DNA of 64,000 nucleotides, taken from NCBI GenBank assembly GCA_048772705.1, contig JBLWGC010000202.1:62001-126000 (forward strand), given 5' to 3'. Within the stretch, counting starts at the first letter, position 1; each line of letters opens with the position of its first letter. The notes under the pieces were generated by a model, which saw nothing but the letters and a program-made list of their open reading frames with translations, ran no database searches and had not been told where the DNA came from. This DNA is from Leidyana gryllorum EB-2025a. Taxonomy: Eukaryota; Protista; Apicomplexa. A program made the position numbers and the translations under genes. Below, piece by piece: positions 1 through 9,783 of this stretch.

Positions 1-758
1 TGACAGTCCAAGTGCTGAACCTGGGCACTCGCCTCAGTTCCATGCAACGTCAAACGAGCCGCCAACGGCGTACGCACACAAACCGAAGCGTTCACGATGG
101 CCTGGAGCTCACCATAGTCCAACACTGCATGAGCAAAGTCGTCTGCTTGATCCGCTCCCCGTTGACGTCCGAGCTTTAGAAGAACAGCCTTGGGCAGCCC
201 AAACAACACTAGCGCTTGATCAATAACATGCGGGCCCAAATCCCACCAAATTCCCGAACATGGCTGGTCGTGTTCACGCCATCGGTCACGGATCTGTGGC
301 CTCAAACGATCAAAACGACTCTCGTACAACCTTGGCTGACCCAATTTGCCCGTTTCCAACGCATCCTTCACACCCAGAAACTCAGCATCCCAACGTCTGT
401 TCTGGTAAACACACAGATGCTTTCCTTTACTCTTCGCCAAAGCCACCAACTCTCGCGCCTCCTCAACTGTTTCGGTGAACGGCTTGTCGCACACCACGTG
501 CTTATCGTTCTCAATTGCCAATTTGGTAAGTTTGTAGTGAGTCAAATTCGGGGTGGCCAACACCACCAAGTCAACCTCGGGATGCGTGCAAGCTTCCTCA
601 TACGTCGCCACAACAATAGCCTCGGAAAAGTCTGCCAAGACCTTCTCCTTGTTGCTGCTAGCAATCACGTGCAGCTTGAGCTCGGGCACCCGAATGATGT
701 ATGGGGCGTGCAATGTCTTGCCAGCGAATCCATACCCAACCAAGCCAACGCGTATCAT
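1..758 (-). CDS. Gfo/Idh/MocA-family NAD(P)-dependent oxidoreductase, YdgJ/IolW-like (3' end runs off window)
   Basis: Not in ORF track (no stop in window). Manual translation from ATG 758: MIRVGLVGYGFAGKTLHAPYI...VDLVVLATPNLTH...KHVVCDKPF...YQNRRWDAEF...FDRLRPQIRDRWRE...SGIWWDLGPHVIDQALVLFGLP. Has the Rossmann GxGxxG and family motifs; no intron in the visible part. Confidence 0.9.
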   Translation of the reverse strand, partial: MIRVGLVGYGFAGKTLHAPYIIRVPELKLHVIASSNKEKVLADFSEAIVVATYEEACTHPEVDLVVLATPNLTHYKLTKLAIENDKHVVCDKPFTETVEEARELVALAKSKGKHLCVYQNRRWDAEFLGVKDALETGKLGQPRLYESRFDRLRPQIRDRWREHDQPCSGIWWDLGPHVIDQALVLFGLPKAVLLKLGRQRGADQADDFAHAVLDYGELQAIVNASVCVRTPLAARLTLHGTEASAQVQHLDC

Positions 759-857
759 TGTTGTGTACCACAAATTCTGAATTTGTAGTTTAATGCTCTC
801 AACCCTTCGCACACGTGTGTGCTTTCGGCCAACTCTATCTAGCTAGCGATGTCCATA

Positions 858-1941
858 TTACTCAATGCGGCCAGCTGTGAATCCTGCTTTATGCTCAGCA
901 GCCATATTCATCAGATTATCAAACTCCTTTTCTGTGGCCTGACGTGGCTGGAAGATCTTGTTGCGGTCGAATCGGTTCCATGGCTCTTCGTCTTCGGAAT
1001 CAACATCTTCACCTAGCCTAGCCCTTTTAGTGTCACGCATCTGCACAAAGTGGCGATTACACCGCGAACAATTCTGTATAAACTCACATTAAGCTCCAGT
1101 TGACGTTTCCTCTGCGCAGCGCCCGACTTGCCCCACAAGTCTTGTTTCTGGATTGCGCGGTTGAACTTATCAGCTGCACCGCGGGTGTCTCCGAAGGCAC
1201 CTTCTCGGGTCAGTTCCATTAGAGACTTTTGTGGCACATCGGACTCATCAAAGTCGCGAGTATATTGCATCGCCACGACTTGTCCACCAGATTTATCCTT
1301 GAGGTCCCGATACTCATCGAGACTCATAATTCCCTGTACGACGGCAGGTTTTGTTGGTACGTTGTCTTTGTCTTCGCCTTGGTCGTCATTCTTCACTAAT
1401 TCGGAGGTGGCAGCACCCTGAGCTGCAGATAGTGCCTCGCGTATCATCTCCATTCGATTGGCATGATCGGCGGCCTCCTTATCTGTGACTTCGCGCAGTT
1501 CAGCTCGCTTATCGTCGGCTTCGCCCTGAATATCTGCTTCCTCTCGAGCGTCTCGAGAAACTGCAGCAGTCAAATGCTGTTTCAAGTCGTGTGCCAGGTT
1601 GAGCGGGCAGTCTGACGGTTTACGAAAGGAGAGGACTACCGGTTTGGCTCCCGGCACTGCAACCATGTCAACGGCACTGAGAGTATAGGCTTCGCAGAGA
1701 TGGCGGACCTTTTTGCGGAGCTGCAAGAGCATAAGAGAAGGGGAAGAGGGGTATGTAGCCTCACCTGTCGGGGCTCGAGCTCGCCCACATTGATTACATT
1801 GCCCTTGTCCAATTGTTTGAAGAGTCTGTGGGTTGTGACAGCGGCCTCGCGGCCCACCTTGCGAACCAATGCAGCGCATAGTCGCTCAACTTCCGCGTGG
1901 TCCACCCGTCGCTTCCAAAGAGTTTGGTCTTGGTCGCTCAT
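858..1941 (-). CDS. DUF3752/GPALPP1-like protein (3 exons)
   Basis: ORFs 1636-1941, 1013-1879 and 858-1046 join via GT-AG introns. The C-terminus KSLMEL...PWNRFDRNKIF...KAGFTAG resembles the DUF3752 pattern (KSLLE...PFDRDKDL...RFS.G). Confidence 0.55.
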
Positions 1942-1956
1942 GGCAGAAAAAAGAGT

Positions 1957-2926
1957 CTATCCACTATGAGAATTGATGGTGACCATGCGGAGAATCGAGA
2001 GAGAGACAAAGAAGCGTTCTTGCTCCAATTTATCAGAGAGCACCAATACGAGTTGATTGTTGTTAGTGCTGGTTGTTGTATTGTCGAGGAGTATAGTGAC
2101 GGCGAGATCCTGCATAGTCTCAGCAGCATCTTCGTCTGTGGCGCCCTGAAACCCCTTTTGCACCCCAATTACCTGCAGTTTGTGGGGAACTCTCTCAGTT
2201 GCTCAACAGAAAGGGGAGACTCACGTTACTGAAGAAGTGGTAGTCGACGTACTCAATGTCAGATTCGACAACTGTATTAGACCGAGAAACTGAAAAAGCC
2301 TGCAATCCACGCGATAGAGTAGCCAACTGGGCGTGGCCAGCAGCCTCCTTGGACCTTGGAGGGGGAGCCACTATGCACTTACGAGTAGCTTATCCACTTT
2401 GAATACTGCCGGGGACAGACGAGTCGGATCGGAGGATTCCGCTACAGACACGGGCATACCCCCCTGACCCCGCGCTATAAAGTTACGTACGATCGTCTTG
2501 AGACGCTCCTTTGCTGTTTCCTATCCGGAAGTTTGAGCACGTTCGGATAACGGCGGTGTTAAGGGAGAGGAGGGAGGGGGCGTACCCGACGAGTCGCATT
2601 CCCAGTATGGTTTCCCGCTTGACTCTCTTCCGGCGGAGACAAGGATATATCCGACCGGAAAGGTATAGTGGTGGAGCTCACTCTCGAAACTTCATCACTC
2701 TGTGAGCATCAAGAACCCTTTCTACCACTCAGATCTTTGACCTTACAGGGTCCAGTTTGTAGTGCGGTGGGAGAGGTGAGACACTGCTAACATGAACATA
2801 TATGTTGTCGTCTTCGTCGATCTGAGATGATTTCCCTTCAGCACTCCCGTCATTCCTGTGCTTAGCAACAACAAACTCCGGCCCCCGCTCGCAGCAACAA
2901 CACGCCTCCAATAAACGCCCTATCAT
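1957..2926 (-). CDS. IMC sub-compartment protein (ISP)-like PH-fold protein with N-terminal Cys cluster (5 exons)
   Basis: Four phase-0 GT-AG introns give MIGRLLEACCCCE...ETAKERLKTIVRNFIARGQGGMPVSV...FKVDKLL|AFSVSR...|VIGVQKG...LVLVLSDKLEQERFFVSLSILR. CCCC is a candidate palmitoylation site; the C-terminal helix is ISP/PH-like. Confidence 0.55.
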
Positions 2927-3072
2927 AACATCAAAGTAATCTATCCTTTTTCGATCTCCTCGGAATCCAATCAACAGAGAAGCGGTCATTCTTAACAGTC
3001 AGTTTCTATAATTGTGGGAGAAGATGCTTTCCGCTACACTCAAAACTCAATGGTTAACATTTGATCATCACT

Positions 3073-3663
3073 TTACATGGATCCCATGTACTCAGCAACA
3101 CCCTCAGCTGATGGCTTCATCGCCTTCATGCCTTTCTTCCAGTTGGCCGGACACACTTCACCATGCTGCTCAGTGAACTGAAGAGCATCCACCACGCGCA
3201 GAGCCTCCTCAACAGACCGCCCAATCGGCAAGTCGTTCATGGTGATGTGACGAATGATACCCTCCTTGTCAATGACGTACAGGGCACGGCACGCAACGGC
3301 CGGAGCATCCAAATGGCAGCCGTACACCTTAGCAATGTCGTGAGACAGATCGGAGATGAGAGGGAAGTCAATCTTGCCAATCCCGCCATCCTCCAACTTG
3401 GTGTTCCTCCAGGCAGCGTGGGTGAAGTGGGAATCAATGGAGCAGCCCAGCAGCTGAACGCCACGGTCGCTGAACTCCTTAACAGCCTTGTTGAAAGCAA
3501 CGATTTCGCTGGGGCACACGAAGGTGAAATCCAACGGCCAGAAGAACAACACAACGTGCTTTCCCTTGTATTGACTCAACTTGATCTCCTCAAACTCACC
3601 GTTAGGCATAACAGCCGTGGCGGAGAATTCAGGGGCAGCTTGAGCAACACGAGCCATCGACAT
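3073..3663 (-). CDS. Typical 2-Cys peroxiredoxin (AhpC/Prx1), copy 1
   Basis: PLDFTFVCPSE peroxidatic motif, GGIG, and HGEVCPANW resolving Cys. Probable 5'UTR intron 3674-3742 (ag|GTAAGC...TTTCTCAG). Confidence 0.97.
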   Translation of the reverse strand: MSMARVAQAAPEFSATAVMPNGEFEEIKLSQYKGKHVVLFFWPLDFTFVCPSEIVAFNKAVKEFSDRGVQLLGCSIDSHFTHAAWRNTKLEDGGIGKIDFPLISDLSHDIAKVYGCHLDAPAVACRALYVIDKEGIIRHITMNDLPIGRSVEEALRVVDALQFTEQHGEVCPANWKKGMKAMKPSAEGVAEYMGSM

Positions 3664-3841
3664 TTCACTTCGACTGAGAAACGGGAACGAGAGGAAGAGA
3701 AACTAAGAGAAGCTGTATTGAAAAGTTAATTCTGACGCTTACCTATTGACGCACACAAATTTGGGGCCTGTGTGGGACTTCTTTGAACGTTCAGTCCTGA
3801 ACAGCAAAATAAACAGTAAGAGTCTCTCAACGCGAGAAAAA

Positions 3842-4643
3842 ATGACATTCAAGATCAAGTCGTTCCGACCCCAACTATTCCTACTCTTGTTGTGTAGTCA
3901 GCTCACGACTGGTCTTCATATCAGCTCTGATTATTCATATGCATGTTTCAAGAATGAACCACTCGACAACGTCGACAGGTAGCAAGCATGGGCAACAACA
4001 GCCATGTCGCTTCTTCAGGTGCCCGTCCAATTGCGACTCTCAAGTGATGAGCGTGAACCTGGAACGAGCCGTGCCTGCCTGTCTGCGGTCGATGGCCCCT
4101 CGAAACTATCTGAAGTGTAGCTGGAACGTCGCGCAGAGCATAAGCACCCAGTGTTGGGACCCTGACCACAAATATGTCGCATTTGTCCTTCCCACACACG
4201 TGTTTGCCGGAGAATCGTGGGATACTCTTAGCTTGTCTTTTGGATCTGCGGGCTTCAGCCCTGAGTGTTTGGCTGCAGACTGGCTTTTGAAGGTCACTGA
4301 CGGAGCTGTCTCCGAAAACGGCTGTGCGGAGTGGAACTGCTCAGCTCCCGCTGTTCCCCTGATTGATGTAGCCATCGACCCCAACGAACATTTGACGGTT
4401 CAGCTTGGTGACATTCTGTGGAGCTGGCCTGAGGGTTTTGCACCCAGACGCGATGCCAAGGCTCTACTGCTTCAGAGCACAGCCCCCAATTGCACATACG
4501 AAGGGACTGGAAAGAATGCAGATGTACTATGGTCTGCAGAAGCGCTGATCCAAGGGTATAAAGACGGTGTTGCGGACTTTACACAGCGCCCTAACCCTGG
4601 ATATGTGCGATGGCGAGGTTGGAAACCGTCTAGCAGCAAGTGA
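3842..4643 (+). CDS. Secreted Cys-containing hypothetical protein (2 exons)
   Basis: MTFKIKSFRPQLFLLLLCSQLTTG is signal-peptide-like. A short GTAGCA...TTCAG intron near 3979-4018 joins it to ORF 3939-4643. Confidence 0.6.
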
Positions 4644-4757
4644 GATGAAGTACTAGTGATGGATTGGATGCGGGGATTTGAATGTCTTCATCGGCAGGTT
4701 ATTTAACAAAAAACCCTATTGTCAAGTTGAATATTGGATGGAGGACCCAACAAATGT

Positions 4758-6363
4758 TTAATCACAGTGAACGACTTTCATGAGGTTGGTGTGGCCGGCG
4801 ACTTCCTCCATGATTCCATGGACGCAGACGACGACATCACCTTGCTTGACGAAACCGCGCTCTTTGCCAGCCGTCAAAGCCTTGGCGATGACAGACTCGG
4901 TACCCTGGAAGGACTCTACCTTCACGGGGGTGACGCCACGGACGTATGAAAGTTGCGAGATGGCGACTTCGGAGGCAGCAACGGCAAGGATGGGCTGGCG
5001 GGGCTTGTATTTGGCCAACAAGCGGGCGGTGTGGCCAGTCTCAGTCAAGGCGACGATGAGAGGTGCGTTGGTGTCCTCAGCAGTCTCGACGGCGGAGCAG
5101 CAGACGGCTTCGGGGATCGAGAGGGGGCCAGGGACAGCAGAGTGGATGGCATTGTAGAGAGCGGGATAGTCGAGGCAGGACTCAGCTTCCAGACAGGTGC
5201 GAGCGAGAACTTCAACGGCGTTTACCGGGAAGGCGCCGTTGGCAGACTCGCCGGAGAGCATAACGCAATCAGCTCCGTCCAAGACAGCGTTGGCCACATC
5301 TGAGACCTCAGCGCGAGTGGGGCGCGGAGCATTGATCATCGACTCGAGCATTTGGGTCGCGACGATGACTGGTTTGCCAGCGAGATTGCATTTGGCGATC
5401 ATCATCTTCTGGGCGAGGAAGACCTTTTCAAGGGGGATTTCCATTCCCAGGTCGCCACGGGCGACCATAACGCCGTCACACTCGCGGAGGATCTCGTCAA
5501 AGTTGATCATACCCTCCTGATTCTCAATCTTGGGGATGATTTTGATGTAGCGGCCTTTGTCGCCGAGGATTTGGCGGATCTGGCGGATGTCCTCAGCACA
5601 CTGCACGAAGGAAGCAGCAATGTAATGCATCTGGTTGGGGATGCCGAACTCCAGGAAGTCTTTGATTTCACGCTCGCCACACACGGGGAGGTCCACCTTA
5701 ACGCCGGGCAGATTCATATTCTTCCGCTCGCCAATCTTAGCGTTGTTCAAAACGCGGGTGAGGACAAAATCTGGGCCGCACTCGGTGACTTCACAACTGA
5801 CAGAACCGTCAGCCATCAAAATGATGTTCCCTGGGGCTACGCTTGAGGGGAGCTTCTCGTATGTGCAGGCGATACAGGTCTCATCTCCCTTGAAGTTGTA
5901 GTCAGTGACTATTTTGAGGATTTGATCTTTCTTGAGTTCGATGGCTTTGAGCCCTTCCTTGAAGAATCCAGTACGGATTTCAGGGCCTTTAGTGTCCAAC
6001 ATGAGGGCCAACTTCTTGTTCGGGCGCAGCTTCATGGCCGCACGGAGGTTGTTGACGACCTTCTGATGGCTCTCGTGGTCTCCATGCGAGAAATTCAGCC
6101 TGGCAACGTCCATGCCAGCATCCATCAACTTGACCAACATCTCCACATCCCAGCAGGCAGGTCCCATTGTGCACACAATCTGCCATCCGACCACGACGAC
6201 ATCAACCACACAACCCCCTCACAAATACCACTCTCACCTTAGTGCGACGCTGGGAGCGATCAAAGGCATCGCGCACCTTGAAGATGTCATCGATGCCAAT
6301 CAGAGTGTTCTTGCCAAGGGCACGGTTAAGGACAGCAGTGCTGGACATTGCACGGAAAGCCAT
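4758..6363 (-). CDS. PYK: Pyruvate kinase (apicomplexan PK1 type), copy 1, 2 exons
   Basis: RRTK|IVCTMGPAC, LDTKGPEIRTG, KIEN, ARGDLG, ATQMLESM motifs; intron ~6180-6236. Confidence 0.97.
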
Positions 6364-6685
6364 GACTGAATTACTCAAGCGACGACCAAAAAACACACTG
6401 AAGCGGAAAAAACGCCGCCACGCACTTAAGATGTCGTCACGTCCCAATCAACACTTTATGTTCGTTTGAAATTATGCCGGTGCCACCAATCAATTAACAT
6501 CACCTTAGTAACAGTTACTAATACTTAGCAGCCTTTCTCAGACTATAAAAAATGAACTCGGGACTACAAACAGTCCCCAACTACTTGAGTGGCACTGCCA
6601 CACTGACACCAACGAAAGCGTGCCAAACAACCCGGGCAAAACTCAGGAACGATTTCCTGTGGACGGACATCCGCCACAAATCAAT

Positions 6686-8288
6686 TCAAGGGCAAACAAC
6701 AACCTTCATGAGGTTGGTGTGGCCAGCAACCTCCTCCATGATGCCGTGAACGGCAACAACCACATCACCAGACTGACAGTATCCTCTCTCCTTGCCAGCT
6801 GCCAGAGCTTTGGCAATAACAGACTCGGTTCCTTGGAACGAGTCCACCTTCACCGGAACCACGCCCCGGACGTAGGCGAGCTGAGAGATAGCGACATCAG
6901 AAGCAGCCACAGCCAAAATGATTTGACGAGGCTTGTATTTGGCCAACAGCCGGGCAGTGTGGCCAGTCTCTGTCAAGGCAACGATCAAAGTGGCGTTGGT
7001 GTCCTCAGCAGTCTCGACAGCGGAGGAGCAAACGGCTTCGGGGATCGAGAGTGGGCCAGGGACGGCGGCGTGGATAGCCTGGAACAGAGCGGGGTAGTCA
7101 AGGCAAGATTCAGCTTCCAAACAAGTGCGGGTAAGCACTTCAACGGCGTTTACCGGGAAGGCGCCGTTGGCAGCCTCGCCAGAGAGCATAACGCAATCAG
7201 CTCCGTCCAAGACAGCGTTGGCCACATCTGAGACCTCAGCACGAGTGGGGCGAGGGGCGCTGATCATCGACTCGAGCATTTGGGTCGCAACGATGACTGG
7301 TTTGCCAGCGAGATTGCATTTGGCGATCATCATCTTCTGGGCGAGGAAGACCTTTTCAAGGGGGATTTCCATTCCCAGATCACCACGGGCGACCATAACG
7401 CCGTCACACTCGCGGAGGATCTCGTCAAAGTTGATCATACCCTCCTGATTCTCAATCTTGGGGATGATTTTGATGTAGCGGCCTTTGTCGCCGAGAATTT
7501 GGCGGATCTGGCGGATGTCCTCAGCACACTGCACAAAGGAAGCAGCAATGTAATGCATCTGGTTGGGGATGCCGAACTTGAGGAAATCGTTAATCTCGCG
7601 CTCGCCACACACGGGGAGATCAACTTTGACTCCAGGCAGGTTCATGTTCTTCCGTTCTCCGATCTTAGCGTTGTTCAAAACGCGGGTAACAACATGATCG
7701 TCACCACAGCGAAGGACCTCACAACTGACAGAACCATCAGCCATAAGGATAATGTTGCCGGGCTGCACGGATTGAGGCAGCTTCTCATAAGTACAAGCAA
7801 TAGTAGTCTCATCACCCTTGAAAGTATAATCGGTAACAATCTTGAGTTCTTGATCCTTCTTTAATTCAACGGCTTTGACTCCCTCTTTGAAGAAACCGGT
7901 TCGGATTTCCGGACCCTTAGTATCCAACATCAGAGCGAGTTTCTTGTGGGGGCGCTGCTTCATCGCCATCCGCAAGTTCTCAATCACTTTCTGGTGACTC
8001 TCGTGGTCACCGTGCGAGAAGTTCAACCGAGCCACATCCATACCGGCGTCAATCATCTTCACCAACATGTCCACATCCCAGCAGGCAGGACCCATAGTGC
8101 ACACAATCTGAGCAGAAGGACGTTTAAGGCGACCTCTCATCCCCATTCATACTCACCTTAGTACGGCGTTGTGCGCGAGCGGCGGCATCACGCACTTTGA
8201 ACACATCGTCAATCCTGATGTTCGTGGACTTGCCCAGACAACGGTTCAAAACAGCGGTAGAGGAAACGGCACGGTTCAGCATCGGCAT
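6686..8288 (-). CDS. PYK: Pyruvate kinase, tandem copy 2, 2 exons
   Basis: Same motifs and same intron position (RRTK|IVC) as copy 1; N-terminus MPMLNRAVSSTAVLNRCLGKSTNIRIDDVF. Confidence 0.97.
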
Positions 8289-8451
8289 CTTGGAGAGAGC
8301 AATTGATCACTTGGAACAACTAAGCGCCTGCAACCACAAAGATGGCACGATAGTGAAAACAGAGTCCTGCATAATGGCCCACTTGTGTGCGGCGTCTCCT
8401 TTTGGGTCCCGCAAGTCTGCCGGCCCAACTATTCAACCATAGCCGTACACA

Positions 8452-9214
8452 ATGAGCCAAGGCAATGAAGGCGTCTATCACGGTGTCTCACGTAGCCGCC
8501 CTGCTAACTTTGATGCCGAGGGGGATGATGAAGAAATGATCTATGCAGGCGGTGATGAGCAGGGTGAGGGAGGCGGCGACGAGGGTGAAACTCAACCCTC
8601 AACTGTTTATGGTTGGTACCGTCGATGTGTTCGCAAATTCATCGAGGGCATCACTGTAATCAAAGTGACCAATTCTGGCAAATTGGTGCGACGAAAACTC
8701 TTCATTGGAGCCAAAGGAGAGGTTAGCCAACCACTCAATGAGATTATCGCCACAATCTGCTCTGAGCACAGTATCTTGAACTCACTAGTAGCAAGCTATT
8801 GGACCTTTGCTTTCACATGGGCGATGTAGACCATGTCCTATTTGGCACAGCCTCCCCTGAGTTTCAGGCTTTCAGTCGAGCCCGACCAGACCGCAAGTGA
8901 GCGCTATTTGCTGCCTTGAAGGAGATCTGATGTTAGGCCAAAACCCTTGAAGTGCCTTGTCGTGACCATCTCTGGACGGCCGATTTCGTTGATCTTCAAG
9001 TAAGGATTGGAATACACGCACACGTGTGTGTGGCCGGCGTGTCTCAGAATGGTGGGTTACGTGTTGCTAACTCTGCAGGACGGAGGCTGACCGGCGGGAT
9101 GCGCAGTTCTTAATTCGAGTTCAACGTAAAGCAATAATTGACCGCTGGAATTACATTCGCGAGACATTTGAGGCAAAGCAAAAGGAGGCTGGGTTGGGTT
9201 TGACGATTAGTTAG
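8452..9214 (+). CDS. PH-domain-like protein (4 exons)
   Basis: Spliced model: ...KFIEGITVIKVTNSGKLVRRKLFI...YLELTSSKLLDLCFHMGDVDHVLFG...CLVVTISGRPISLIFKTEADRRDAQFLI...; beta-strand plus C-terminal helix pattern of PH folds. Confidence 0.55.
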
Positions 9215-9248
9215 AAAGATTGTATAATTACAGATAGATAGGAGTAAA

Positions 9249-9773
9249 ATGTATGAGCACGAGGACAACAAGCGCTTTGTCTGTTCGATCTTCTCGACCG
9301 TGGTAACATTCGCTGTCCTGGTGGCTCAGATCGCAATAGTGGCGCTTCCAACACACGATGAGTGCCGATCGGGGATGAAGGCGTGGTTGATTATCGCTGG
9401 TCTATCGGCATTGTCTGTCGATCTGGTGGTTATATATGCTGATATTGATCGTCGGCGTAAAAGTGCAGAAGCTCCTCCGGATCGCTATTTCTTAACAATT
9501 GGTATAATGGATGCATTTGGTTTGGTATGGTTTTTCATTGGTACGGCTATGATCGTCGACATGACAGCGAAGGAAGATTTGCATGAAGCTACGTGTCCAC
9601 TGACATTCGAGATATTCTGGCTGGTTAACTGGTCTTTGATGACATTTGGCTATCTGGTCCGCGCTTTGATATGTATACATAAGCTATGCACAGGACAATC
9701 TATAGTGATGCTGGGCGGCCCCGGATCGTACTTGTGGGCCCCACGGGATCAGGATATTTTCGCGGCTGTTTAA
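9249..9773 (+). CDS. Hypothetical 4-TM membrane protein
   Basis: 174-aa intronless ORF with four hydrophobic segments. Confidence 0.65.
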   Translation: MYEHEDNKRFVCSIFSTVVTFAVLVAQIAIVALPTHDECRSGMKAWLIIAGLSALSVDLVVIYADIDRRRKSAEAPPDRYFLTIGIMDAFGLVWFFIGTAMIVDMTAKEDLHEATCPLTFEIFWLVNWSLMTFGYLVRALICIHKLCTGQSIVMLGGPGSYLWAPRDQDIFAAV

Positions 9774-9783
9774 CGCAAAGGAA

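Noticed and set aside
216-788. 190-aa plus-strand ORF and many similar antisense ORFs (e.g. 3163-3729, 6620-7231, 22177-22830, 45784-46641)
   Set aside because: They are shadows of well-supported genes on the opposite strand.
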